Shown: piece after piece, positions 39,040 through 47,578 of the stretch | Layout of the letters: the number at the start of each line of letters is the position of its first letter | Numbering within the stretch: the stretch's first letter is position 1 | Source: a virus | Taxonomy: Duplodnaviria; Heunggongvirae; Uroviricota; Caudoviricetes | Strand: one strand, 5' to 3' | DNA length: 64,000 bases | IMG/VR virus record: IMGVR_UViG_3300013383_000021 | Coordinates: 27,767 to 91,766 of that record | Notes under the pieces: generated by a model | The model's database searches: none | What the model saw: only the letters and a program-made list of their open reading frames with translations | What the model was told of the DNA's origin: nothing | Position numbers and translations under genes: made by a program

Positions 39040-39525
39040 TCAGTACTCAACTAAATCCGTGACTTCGCAGTTAAGCACTCCAGCCAGTTTCCCTAACTGC
39101 TCAATACTCTTAGGAGACCTCCTTCGGGCCTCCCAGTCCGCGATCGTGCGTACCGGGACACCGGATGCCTTAGCCAGCTCTGCACGAGACAAACCGTGCT
39201 CCTTACGCTTCCTCTCTATCTTAGTCCCAATCCCTCGCACAGTGCGGTAATACGCGAGCTGCCAGGTGCCTTGCTGCTCTAAGTTCAGATGTGTCCGAAA
39301 ATCCTTTTTCATATGCTCCGGTGTGAGCGAATCAACTCTTTCTGCGATCAAATCAGTGATGTCGTCATCACTTTTATGAAGCTGGTGCAATTTTTGCACA
39401 GCGAAAGTGAAACCCCGAAGCGGCCAACACATTGCGTTATACCGATCCGTTTCGTTCCATCCTACTCTCTGTTCGATGAGAGCATAGGCTTCCGCAAGTC
39501 CCTGAATCTGTTCTGTTGTAAGCAT
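39040..39525 (-). CDS. transcriptional regulator with C-terminal XRE-family HTH
   Basis: GLSRAELAKASGVPVRTIADWEARRRSPKSIEQLGKLAGVLNCEVTDL at the C-terminus. The N-terminal approx. 100 aa are unknown. Confidence 0.65.
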   Translation of the reverse strand: MLTTEQIQGLAEAYALIEQRVGWNETDRYNAMCWPLRGFTFAVQKLHQLHKSDDDITDLIAERVDSLTPEHMKKDFRTHLNLEQQGTWQLAYYRTVRGIGTKIERKRKEHGLSRAELAKASGVPVRTIADWEARRRSPKSIEQLGKLAGVLNCEVTDLVEY

Positions 39526-39548
39526 TTAAAATCTCCTCCTTCTGGATA

Positions 39549-39619
39549 AATGCGTCTATTTACAGGCAAATTATAACGCGATTGCGTCTATTTGTCAACG
39601 GTTTTAGACGCATTTTTTG
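39549..39619. promoter_or_regulatory. three copies of a TGCGTCTATTT operator-like repeat (two direct, one inverted)
   Basis: aatgcgtctatttacagg (39549-39566). attgcgtctatttgtcaacgg (39581-39601). Inverted copy tagacgcatttttt (39606-39619). All lie upstream of the XRE gene start. Confidence 0.45.
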
Positions 39620-39641
39620 ACCGCGTCCGTCTCGACACGAT

Positions 39642-39667
39642 AAAAGCCCGGCCAGTTGGCCGGGCTA
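39642..39667 (-). terminator. rho-independent terminator (minus-strand orientation)
   Basis: aaagcccggcc-agtt-ggccgggct. The U-run is present only on the - strand side. Confidence 0.6.
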
Positions 39668-39715
39668 AAAAGTAAAGCATCCTCAAGAATATAATATAAG
39701 ATCTTTCTTGAGTGG

Positions 39716-39748
39716 CATTTATTAAGATTTATTTAAGAATTTATTATG
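39716..39748. repeat. three direct ATTTATT(A/T)AAGA-like repeats (candidate integrase arm-type sites)
   Basis: catttattaaga, tttatttaagaa and tttattatg in an AT-rich region beside the att core. Confidence 0.3.
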
Positions 39749-39897
39749 TATAGATTAAAATTGATATGCAAAGTCAGGTCGCATCCACAAAATTCAATTA
39801 CCACCATTTAAATACTTCTATTTAGAAATTGTTTTGGGTCAAAAGACAATTTTCCTTTATTACGCTGACGAAATATTTATTCCAAAATGGTTATGAA

Positions 39898-39930
39898 AAA
39901 AGCCTAGAATATAAAAATTCTAGGCTTTTC
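39898..39930 (-). terminator. rho-independent terminator downstream of int (minus strand)
   Basis: aagcctagaat-ataaaaa-ttctaggctt, with a T6 run on the - strand. Confidence 0.7.
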
Positions 39931-39953
39931 CCTTACACCTTACGCACCTTATC

Positions 39954-40003
39954 TGGTGGAGATAAGCGGGATCGAACCGCTGACCTCTTGAATGCCATTC
40001 AAG
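39954..40003 (-). tRNA. 3' half of tRNA-Ala(GGC), anticodon stem to CCA, forming the attP core
   Basis: Reverse complement reads cttga-atggcat-tcaag aggtc agcgg-ttcgatc-ccgct tatctcc a cca. Anticodon GGC. T-loop TTCGATC. U70 present for the G3:U70 Ala identity pair. No D-arm or 5' acceptor strand upstream. Confidence 0.6.
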
Positions 40004-40030
40004 AAAAACCTTATATTTTTTATCATCCTA

Positions 40031-41116
40031 TTAGCTACATTTGAAAAATTTTTCTATGCCGCTTACAGCGTTTTCTTTTGTGTTCTTAGAAATATGAGTA
40101 TAATGTAGGGACATTTTCATATTGCTATGCCCCGCAAGTTCTTGTATAGTTTTGATGTCAACTCCACTTTCTGCAAGCATTGTAATATATGTATGCCTGC
40201 AGCTGTGCGGAGTTAAAACGCGGACTCCGGGAACCAGCTTTAAGGTAGCCATAAATGTTCTTCGAAAATAACTTTGGCTTACGATTTTGGTTGGGTCTTT
40301 CCCAGGCCATATGAATTCTTTATTCCCAGAGTTTCTAAGTTTCATAACATACTTCTGAACCTCTTTTGGGACCGGCACGTCCCTAACGCCGCGCTCACTT
40401 TTTGTGCATCCGATGATCACTGAGCCTTTAACAGATTTGACAGCTTGCCTAACGTGTATTACACTGCCGTCTTTTTCTATGTGTTCTGGGGTCAGTGCTA
40501 GTATCTCTTGAGATCTCAGCCCTGTTGCTATCATAACCCTGATCGCAACTCCCATCTTGTTTATTGGCAGATTCGACATCAGAAGCTTTATTTCTTCTGG
40601 AGAAAAAACTTCTTTTTCTTTTGTCGTGTTAGTGTTCTTTATCTTCTTGGCAAGTCTAACAGGGTTTTTACTAATCAAGTCGTTGCTTTCTGCACTCATC
40701 ATAATTTGATAAAGCATCCCTCGTAGTTTAGACGTGTATGATTTTGATCTGCCAGCCCTCGCCGCCGCTTTTAAAAACTCCTCGATGTGCATCGCTTTAA
40801 TTTCGTCGAGTCTTGTGTTCCCAAAATAATCAACTAGTATATTTAATGTGTACTTATACCCTTCATATGTTGTTGCGGAAACCTCCCCTTCATAGTCCCT
40901 GTACCATTGTAACGCCCATACTGCAAAATTAGGAGGAAGGCCGTTAAGCCCAACTGATATATTCCTTTGTACCGTGTGTGCCTTTGCTTCGACCCCACTT
41001 TTTGTGCTGCCATAGAAATATCGGTAAAGGGGCTTGTTGTTATCATCTCTGCCAATTTCTATACGGCATTCCCATCTTCCATCCTTACTCTTCTTTACAT
41101 AATAAGATCCTTCCAA
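40031..41116 (-). CDS. int: phage tyrosine integrase with N-terminal AP2-like arm-binding domain
   Basis: YYVKKSKDGRWECRIEIG arm domain. Catalytic R...HxxR...Y (HSCRHTYITMLAESG...LAGHSNMKMSLHYTH). Adjacent to the tRNA-derived att core. Confidence 0.85.
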   Translation of the reverse strand: MEGSYYVKKSKDGRWECRIEIGRDDNNKPLYRYFYGSTKSGVEAKAHTVQRNISVGLNGLPPNFAVWALQWYRDYEGEVSATTYEGYKYTLNILVDYFGNTRLDEIKAMHIEEFLKAAARAGRSKSYTSKLRGMLYQIMMSAESNDLISKNPVRLAKKIKNTNTTKEKEVFSPEEIKLLMSNLPINKMGVAIRVMIATGLRSQEILALTPEHIEKDGSVIHVRQAVKSVKGSVIIGCTKSERGVRDVPVPKEVQKYVMKLRNSGNKEFIWPGKDPTKIVSQSYFRRTFMATLKLVPGVRVLTPHSCRHTYITMLAESGVDIKTIQELAGHSNMKMSLHYTHISKNTKENAVSGIEKFFKCS

Positions 41117-41173
41117 AGAAACAATCCTTTCATATAAGAGGGGCGAAACAACCGCCCCTCTTGTTTTTACTTG

Positions 41174-41920
41174 TTAAGATTTGATTGCCTGGTACTTCCC
41201 TTGCATTTCTTCATACTTGCCGCAACTCATATTGCCTTCCGGACATTTGCCCTCAGCCACACAGCTAGGCCCAGCCTTTGCAAACAAGTTCGGTGCTACG
41301 GGGTAAACAAGCTCCAGCATCTTATCTGCCAGTTCTCTGACTTCCCACTGAGCGCGATTACAACATCGGAGTTCGAACAAATGCAACAGAGATCTCGCGT
41401 TCATGGTCACAATCATTCTTGTCGTCGCCGCATTCGGTAGAACGAATCTTGCATCTTCATTTGCAACCTTGTCAGCCGCAGACTTCTTCATACCGGCTTC
41501 GACATACTTTTTAGACAGCCTGTCCTGGAGGACTTCGTACACTCTGTTTTCCATTGTCATCGTTTCAGAGAATAGAACGTTCAGTTCCTCGTCGTCTTCT
41601 ACAGCTGGCGGGGTAACGAAATCAAACCCATTCATGCTGACGTACCGCTGACTCTGCACTGAGTAAGAGGCGATACGGTGACGAGTCAGCTGCGCAAGCA
41701 GAGCGCGGGATACTCCCTCGATACCAAACATGAAAGACACGTGCTCGATAGGAGACTGGTGCCCCATGTTTGAAAGATGCTGAATGAACTTAGATACAGA
41801 CTCATCCGTCAGGCCGTTCATCAGGGTCTCAATGCTGTCCGCGCTTGAGTAACACAGCTTGGCTGCAGCTGCGACAACCTTTTCCGGTTCCGGCGTATGT
41901 GTAATTAGAGTAACCTTCAT
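41174..41920 (-). CDS. thyX: flavin-dependent thymidylate synthase ThyX
   Basis: ThyX signature RHRIASYSVQS (RHRx7S). 248 aa. Confidence 0.85.
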   Translation of the reverse strand: MKVTLITHTPEPEKVVAAAAKLCYSSADSIETLMNGLTDESVSKFIQHLSNMGHQSPIEHVSFMFGIEGVSRALLAQLTRHRIASYSVQSQRYVSMNGFDFVTPPAVEDDEELNVLFSETMTMENRVYEVLQDRLSKKYVEAGMKKSAADKVANEDARFVLPNAATTRMIVTMNARSLLHLFELRCCNRAQWEVRELADKMLELVYPVAPNLFAKAGPSCVAEGKCPEGNMSCGKYEEMQGKYQAIKS

Positions 41921-41929
41921 TTACAAACC

Positions 41930-42832
41930 TCACTTATCCATTCCAACCATGATGTTTCCGTCCTTTGATGTGACGACGCTGGGCATTTTGCCGTCCCATT
42001 TTTCAATGTACTGGCTCTTAATAACGTTATCAGTCAAAGATTTTTCCAACATCTTGTTTGCTTTAGACTCAGCTTCAGCATTTTTGATCTTTACTTCTGC
42101 TTCAGCTTCTGCTTTAGCGATATTTTTCTTATTGAGAATCTCTTGTTCCTCTGCTTCAAGCTGTGCTTTCTGCTTTTTAGCGATAGCTTTGCTATAGCTA
42201 TCCTCGAAGTCAGCACCGTTGATGACAATCCTGTTAACCACAACGACATCCTTGCTGTATTTTTCGTCCAGCGCCTCTTGCAGACGCTTCATAGTAAGCG
42301 GTTCAATCTTTGTTCTAGACGTTGCATCAGTGTCCTGCAGTTCCTTACTTGCAGACTTGACCGCAGAAGATACAATTCCAGCAGAAACCAGCATATCTTT
42401 ATAGTCTGAGACATTAGCGTAGACCCAAAAGGACTTGTCCGGGTTAATTTGATAGGTCACTGTCACATCTTCGTAGTACACAGCAGTTCTATTTGTAGTC
42501 TCAGACCAAATCTTGCCCTCAAAAGTGATATCTTGCTGCTTGTTATTTACCACTTCAATCTTCTGGATGAACGGAACCTTCCAATTGACCCCATTCTGAA
42601 CGGTCTCTTCTGAAATCTGGCCGAACGTACTACGTACACCGGTATACCCGGTGGGAACAATGGTGAGCGCTTGGGTAAACAATGCCAAAATAAAGCCGAC
42701 CACAACAAGGGGAACGCAAAGTTTTGCAAATTTTGCTGTGACTTCGCGATCTCTATCAACATAGCTAACAAAGAACAGCACTCCGGCTCCAGTTAACACA
42801 AAAACTGCAGCAACAACACTCAAAAATACCAT
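41930..42832 (-). CDS. SPFH/band-7 (HflK/C-, prohibitin-like) membrane protein
   Basis: N-terminal TMD. SPFH core (VPTGYTGVRSTFGQI...). C-terminal Ala/Glu/Lys coiled coil. Confidence 0.7.
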   Translation of the reverse strand: MVFLSVVAAVFVLTGAGVLFFVSYVDRDREVTAKFAKLCVPLVVVGFILALFTQALTIVPTGYTGVRSTFGQISEETVQNGVNWKVPFIQKIEVVNNKQQDITFEGKIWSETTNRTAVYYEDVTVTYQINPDKSFWVYANVSDYKDMLVSAGIVSSAVKSASKELQDTDATSRTKIEPLTMKRLQEALDEKYSKDVVVVNRIVINGADFEDSYSKAIAKKQKAQLEAEEQEILNKKNIAKAEAEAEVKIKNAEAESKANKMLEKSLTDNVIKSQYIEKWDGKMPSVVTSKDGNIMVGMDK

Positions 42833-42842
42833 ATAGCCCTCC

Positions 42843-43448
42843 TTATTTATCTACTTCATCTAGATGACTTGCCATCATATCTGCCATATGCAGCATAAAT
42901 CCGAGCGGATACTTCTCCCACGCCTTATTAAGAGACCTATCCCCGCCTTTCACGGCGTTATCAAACTCACCCATATGCCATCTAATAGCAATCGCCTCTT
43001 CCGGCTTCAGCTTCATGTAGTTCTGGATAATAAAGTTGGTCTTCTCGCCGTGACCAATCGGGAATCTTTCGTTAATCACGTAGGTTGGAACCGTTTCCCA
43101 TCTGCCAGTGTCCGGATTCTTTACATTCCGTGTGCTAGACTGGTAAAAATGAATCTTGCACAGGTCGTGCAGGAGCGCCGAGATAGCAACCATCTCGTTA
43201 ACCTCTTCGTCTGGTGTTCCAGCGGGGAAGCAACGCTCCTTGTCTGCCTGATTATCAAGCAACTGAACTAGTCTATCGTACACGTTCAGGCTATGGATAC
43301 ATAGACCTCCATCGCAGGATAGGTGAAACCGAGTGCTGGCCGGTGCCGTGAAGAAATCAGACCGCTCCAGGTACGACAGGAGCCGATCGCTCCCGTCGCG
43401 GTGAATGTTATCTTTAAACACTTCAATAAATCTTTCTTTGTAGTCCAT
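42843..43448 (-). CDS. HD-domain phosphohydrolase
   Basis: H...HD (LLHDLCK) and downstream D (HMADMMASHLD). Confidence 0.6.
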   Translation of the reverse strand: MDYKERFIEVFKDNIHRDGSDRLLSYLERSDFFTAPASTRFHLSCDGGLCIHSLNVYDRLVQLLDNQADKERCFPAGTPDEEVNEMVAISALLHDLCKIHFYQSSTRNVKNPDTGRWETVPTYVINERFPIGHGEKTNFIIQNYMKLKPEEAIAIRWHMGEFDNAVKGGDRSLNKAWEKYPLGFMLHMADMMASHLDEVDK

Positions 43449-43456
43449 GCTCCTCC

Positions 43457-44098
43457 TTATTCTTTGTTGACGTCATTGCCCTCGAACATAGTCTTGCAGT
43501 TTCTTTTCATATTTTCTGCAAGCATGTTGACCATAAACTCCCAATTATCGCGAGCTTTCTTTTTCTCTAGCTCACGGACTCTCTGTTTGGCCGCACGCTT
43601 TCTCTTCTCTTTCTCCTTGGCTTTCTCCTTCTCAATCTTGAAGGCGTCTTTCTTTTTTAGGGCTTCTCTCAGCATATTGTTGTACAAATTCGTGCCGGAC
43701 TTATCGCCAAACTTTTTAAACATCAGCCGGAGGATTCTTTTCATAAGGCAAATCGTCACACCGGTTTCAATTGAAAATGTATCGCCCTCGCGGCAGATAG
43801 CTTTCTCCTGTGTGCTATCAGTAAATGTGACGATAGTAACTTTGTCGTTCACAGCCGTTACATCCGCAACCTCTGGGTCAATGCCATGAGGAGTCTGATG
43901 CTTGGTTGCACCGCGCCAGTCTGCGACAAGGCACGCACAGCCATTATCAAGTGCGCAGGTAAGACCTTCTTTATCGTCATAGTTGATAAATTTCACCTCC
44001 TCGTTGGTTACGCCAGACACTGGTTCTACGAGTTCAAGATATGTATCGCCAAGAAAAGGAATGTTAATTTCGTAAGTATTGTTGCATTCATAGCCCAT
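43457..44098 (-). CDS. hypothetical protein with Lys/Glu-rich C-terminal coiled coil
   Basis: 213-aa ORF. Confidence 0.45.
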   Translation of the reverse strand: MGYECNNTYEINIPFLGDTYLELVEPVSGVTNEEVKFINYDDKEGLTCALDNGCACLVADWRGATKHQTPHGIDPEVADVTAVNDKVTIVTFTDSTQEKAICREGDTFSIETGVTICLMKRILRLMFKKFGDKSGTNLYNNMLREALKKKDAFKIEKEKAKEKEKRKRAAKQRVRELEKKKARDNWEFMVNMLAENMKRNCKTMFEGNDVNKE

Positions 44099-44175
44099 TT
44101 AATTACCTCTTTCTGTTGTATTGTATTTATGTTTGTGGTATCATGAAATTATACTTTCATGAAAGGAATGAGAAT

Positions 44176-44391
44176 ATGGCAAGAGCCAGAAAAACCCTGG
44201 AACAGCAGCTTATTGACATCGACGAGAAAATTGCTTTTTACGAAAACAAGATTGCAGAGCTTAAAATGAAGCGAGAAGCTCTTCTCGCTCCGTCTCCCGC
44301 CGAAATTATCGCCATGGCTAAGAGCAAAGGCATGACTATTACTGATATCATGGATGTGCTTGGCGTCAACCCTAACGAAACTGCTGAATAA
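44176..44391 (+). CDS. small coiled-coil protein encoded on the opposite strand within the leftward operon
   Basis: RBS aaagga before ATG (MARARKTLEQQ...). Followed by a GC hairpin and a T-run at approx. 44397-44432. Confidence 0.4.
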   Translation: MARARKTLEQQLIDIDEKIAFYENKIAELKMKREALLAPSPAEIIAMAKSKGMTITDIMDVLGVNPNETAE

Positions 44392-44418
44392 CCTTTAACG
44401 CGCGTCGCTTGTCGGCGC

Positions 44419-45633
44419 TTATTTTTTATTTAGCTTACGGATGATCTTATCAATCTCAATCGCACATCCTACGAAGTCAAGCGGGCCGAACCCCTTAGTC
44501 GTCATAGCCGCGCATCCAATTCTGATTCCGCTGGTTTCTGACGGGGATCTCTTGTCGCCCGGCACACAATTCTTGTTTACTGCAACGCCTTTCTTTTCCA
44601 AGGCGTCCTGAACCATCTTACCGGTAACATTAGGATGGGTGTTAGTCAGGTCAATCATGAACAGGTGGTTGTCTGTTCCGCCGGATACAATCTCGTAGCC
44701 CATCTTTTTGAACTGTTCGCACATAGTGTATGTATTCAGAATCACATTGGAGATATACTCCTCATACTCTTTTGTACAAGCTTCTTCTGCCGCTACTGCT
44801 TTGCCTGCGATAACGTGCATTAGAGGGCCGCCCTGGTTTCTAGGGAACACCGCACTGTTGATTTTCTTTGCCAGCTCTTCCGTGCGAGAGAAGATCATGC
44901 CGCCCCGCGTGGATCGAAGAGTTTTGTGCGTGGTAGTTGTAATTACATCCGCAAGACCGAACGGGGATACGTGCTCGCCGCCGACAATCAGCCCGGCGAT
45001 ATGTGCCATATCCACCATAAAGATGGGACGGTAATCAGGGTCAACAGACATTTCGATGTTAATGATTTTTCTAATCAATCCAAACTTAATTTCTCTTGAG
45101 TAAGAACTTGCACCAGCTAGGATTAGCTTAGGCTTGTAAGTTCTTATTTTTTTACTGAGATCGTAATAGTCAATAATCCCGTCTTCATCCAGCCCATAAA
45201 AAATCGGGTTGTAAAGCTTGCCGGAAATACTGGCTGGCGAAAAGTGTGACAGATGCCCACCACAATCCAGTGACATACTCAAGACCGTATCTCCTGGATT
45301 AAGTAGCGCATAGTAGACCGCTTCGTTTGCTTGAGTACCGGAATGTGGCTGAACATTTACGAAGTAGTCTGTATTAAAAGCTTCCTGCCATTTCTTTTGG
45401 CAGTAAAGCTCAAGCTCGTCTACCACTTCGCAGCCACCATAATACCGGTGGCCTGGATACCCTTCTGCGTATTTATTGGTAAGACAGGAGCCAACCGCTC
45501 TCATCACATCTTCTGAGCAGAAGTTCTCCGATGCAATTAGATTGATCTGGTTTTCTTGTCTCTGCTGTTCTTCTGCGATTAAATCAAATACTCTTTTCGT
45601 TACTACACACCTCCGTTTGTTATATGTATGTTG
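44419..45633 (-). CDS. glyA: serine hydroxymethyltransferase (full conserved frame; canonical start codon absent)
   Basis: TTTTHKTLRSTRGG (PLP-Lys motif). LIASENFCSEDVMRAVGSCLTNKYAEGYPG. The in-frame extension upstream of the listed GTG encodes the conserved SHMT N-terminus up to the stop at 45634-45636. Confidence 0.8.
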   Translation of the reverse strand, partial: QHTYNKRRCVVTKRVFDLIAEEQQRQENQINLIASENFCSEDVMRAVGSCLTNKYAEGYPGHRYYGGCEVVDELELYCQKKWQEAFNTDYFVNVQPHSGTQANEAVYYALLNPGDTVLSMSLDCGGHLSHFSPASISGKLYNPIFYGLDEDGIIDYYDLSKKIRTYKPKLILAGASSYSREIKFGLIRKIINIEMSVDPDYRPIFMVDMAHIAGLIVGGEHVSPFGLADVITTTTHKTLRSTRGGMIFSRTEELAKKINSAVFPRNQGGPLMHVIAGKAVAAEEACTKEYEEYISNVILNTYTMCEQFKKMGYEIVSGGTDNHLFMIDLTNTHPNVTGKMVQDALEKKGVAVNKNCVPGDKRSPSETSGIRIGCAAMTTKGFGPLDFVGCAIEIDKIIRKLNKK

Positions 45634-46185
45634 TTAATTAACCCAACGCACAATCGGGTCGCCTTGGAACCCTTTCTCCCAGACGAACCATGCGTATGCA
45701 ACAGCGTTATTCTTTCGATCAAACACACCATTCTTGCCGCAGCATACACGCGATGAGAACACGTATATTATTTTAGGTGGATACTTTTGAAACAGTTGCT
45801 TACGAGCCTTTCCTTCCAAGAAGGTAAGCTTCAGAAACATTGCAACCTTGTGTCCATTACCCACACACTTCAAAGACTTCTCGACGAACTCCCGTGCATG
45901 CTTATAAGGGGGGTTGGTTATGATGTCGATATCATCTGCCTCTGTGAAGCTCTCGTTTAAAAAATCAACGGGAAGTTTGAAACCAAAACCTCTATACACT
46001 AGATCCGTGCTTAACACATCATACCCTCTCTCAAGCAAGACTTTTGATATGTGCCCTTCACCACAAGCTGGCTCCCAGACATTCTTAGAGAAAGTTTCGT
46101 GGTCGAGTAAAATCTCTACTGCTCTCGGTTCTGTGGCATAGTAGTCGTTGATTTCTGCATCGTCTTTTCTGTTGTTACCGGACAA
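45634..46185 (-). CDS. DNA N6-adenine methyltransferase (orphan)
   Basis: Motif I-like EPACGEGH. Motif IV NPPY. Confidence 0.6.
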   Translation of the reverse strand: MSGNNRKDDAEINDYYATEPRAVEILLDHETFSKNVWEPACGEGHISKVLLERGYDVLSTDLVYRGFGFKLPVDFLNESFTEADDIDIITNPPYKHAREFVEKSLKCVGNGHKVAMFLKLTFLEGKARKQLFQKYPPKIIYVFSSRVCCGKNGVFDRKNNAVAYAWFVWEKGFQGDPIVRWVN

Positions 46186-46213
46186 AATAAACTGTTGCGT
46201 CCCAACCCAGTCT

Positions 46214-46678
46214 TTATTCTTTATTGCTCAACAGCTCCTTTGCGAGATCTACAAGCGGCCAAAGGTCTCGCTCGAAGTCTGGAATTCCACAGTAGTCAAA
46301 CCAGATGTCGTCTATTTGTTCTGGAAACCCTGCGGATCTATAGATTAACAGCGCTTGTTGCTTGGACGCCCTTCCGCCAAGCTCGCTAACAATCAAATCA
46401 CATACCTCTCTAACCCAAACACTGTATCGTCCTTCTCGATCTTGCACAGTCTTTTCATATTCCGCTTGGAATTCTTTGTTTCTCTGGGCGAGCTGCTCTC
46501 TGTTCCATTTAACAGACTTGTTTTCGTCAATCACGGTGTCAACGCCACATTGCTTGCGCACCGGCCTGTTATTCTTAATCCGATATATTTCTTCTCTGAG
46601 CCGACCCCATGTTGCTTTGTAAATCATAAGCCCTCCTTTTTGACCGCCGCCCGTATGGGCGGCGGTTCCGTAAATCAT
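46214..46678 (-). CDS. hypothetical protein
   Basis: ORF of 154 aa. The likely true start is internal (MIYKATWGRL). Confidence 0.35.
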   Translation of the reverse strand: MIYGTAAHTGGGQKGGLMIYKATWGRLREEIYRIKNNRPVRKQCGVDTVIDENKSVKWNREQLAQRNKEFQAEYEKTVQDREGRYSVWVREVCDLIVSELGGRASKQQALLIYRSAGFPEQIDDIWFDYCGIPDFERDLWPLVDLAKELLSNKE

Positions 46679-46986
46679 CTGTCTGTCTTATCGTAAGCTG
46701 TCTTTACGACGGTCCCGATACGAACACTTTTAACAACCTTGTAAGGCTGCCCGGTCATTTGATAACCGAGAAGGTCCCACGTCCAGGGGATGCACCACAG
46801 GTTGTTACCAGCCTTAATGATGGTCTGCATTTCTTTAGCTGACCGACCTTCTCCTTTTTCTACCACATCAAATTCTTCGTACTTGCCTGGTTCTGTGTTA
46901 CACCTGTCATCATAGCCAAGCGCTAAGTAGCAGAGTTCTTCTTCGTCAAGAGGGATGCCGTGTAGCATCTTTTCAATGATTGTCAT
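46675..46986 (-). CDS. hypothetical protein (start trimmed to avoid out-of-frame overlap with dut)
   Basis: The listed ORF 46675-47220 overlaps dut in another frame. The internal start MTIIEKML gives approx. 103 aa. Confidence 0.3.
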   Translation of the reverse strand: MTIIEKMLHGIPLDEEELCYLALGYDDRCNTEPGKYEEFDVVEKGEGRSAKEMQTIIKAGNNLWCIPWTWDLLGYQMTGQPYKVVKSVRIGTVVKTAYDKTDR

Positions 46987-47563
46987 CAGGCTCACCACCT
47001 TCTTTGCTTGTGCTGCCGAACCCGCCAGCTCTTTCTTCAATACCATACAGCTCCACGTTTTTGTTATCGTATTCAGGAAGAGTGGAGTACGGGACAATGA
47101 TTCCCTGCACAAAACCATCGTTAAAATGGAAGGTGACTGCTTCATGGTGGTCGTGGTTGAATAGCTTGACCATGATATGCCCTTCGCTTCTAGTGTCGGG
47201 GTTGTAGTAATCACTATCAATAACGCCGACCGTATTTGCGAGACTTACGCCGTACTTAAAACCGCTGCCACTTCTAGGAACGATCAGGAGCACAGCTGAC
47301 TCCGGCATAACAATTCTCACGCCAGTAGGGATTGTAACCGAACCACCTGGCTGAATTGTCACATCGAACGGGATAAAGAAATCATACCCGGCAGAACCAG
47401 GCGTTGCCCTTGCTGGCAATCTGAATTCTTCATAGGAACCTTGGATTCTTCGATTGAACGCTGCGTCATCCTCGCAGAGGCTTTGCATCTCTGGGATTTT
47501 TGCGCAGTCTGTTCTGAAGGTCTCGAATGGAACCTTTTCAAAATAGCCTTTACATCCGATCAA
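46973..47563 (-). CDS. dut: dUTP diphosphatase
   Basis: AGYDFFIP, RSGSG and GVIDSDYYNPD motifs of trimeric dUTPase. Confidence 0.8.
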   Translation of the reverse strand: MIGCKGYFEKVPFETFRTDCAKIPEMQSLCEDDAAFNRRIQGSYEEFRLPARATPGSAGYDFFIPFDVTIQPGGSVTIPTGVRIVMPESAVLLIVPRSGSGFKYGVSLANTVGVIDSDYYNPDTRSEGHIMVKLFNHDHHEAVTFHFNDGFVQGIIVPYSTLPEYDNKNVELYGIEERAGGFGSTSKEGGEPDDNH

Positions 47564-47578
47564 TTCGTACCTCTCTTT

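Noticed and set aside
39954-40003. A functional tRNA gene
   Set aside because: Only the anticodon stem-loop, T-arm and 3' acceptor strand are present. No D-arm or 5' acceptor strand lies upstream. It is interpreted as an att core, not an expressed tRNA.
46675-47220. Full 181-aa ORF overlapping dut
   Set aside because: Its 5' 240 nt overlap the well-supported dUTPase gene in another frame. Only the 3' approx. 100 codons were kept, as a low-confidence gene.
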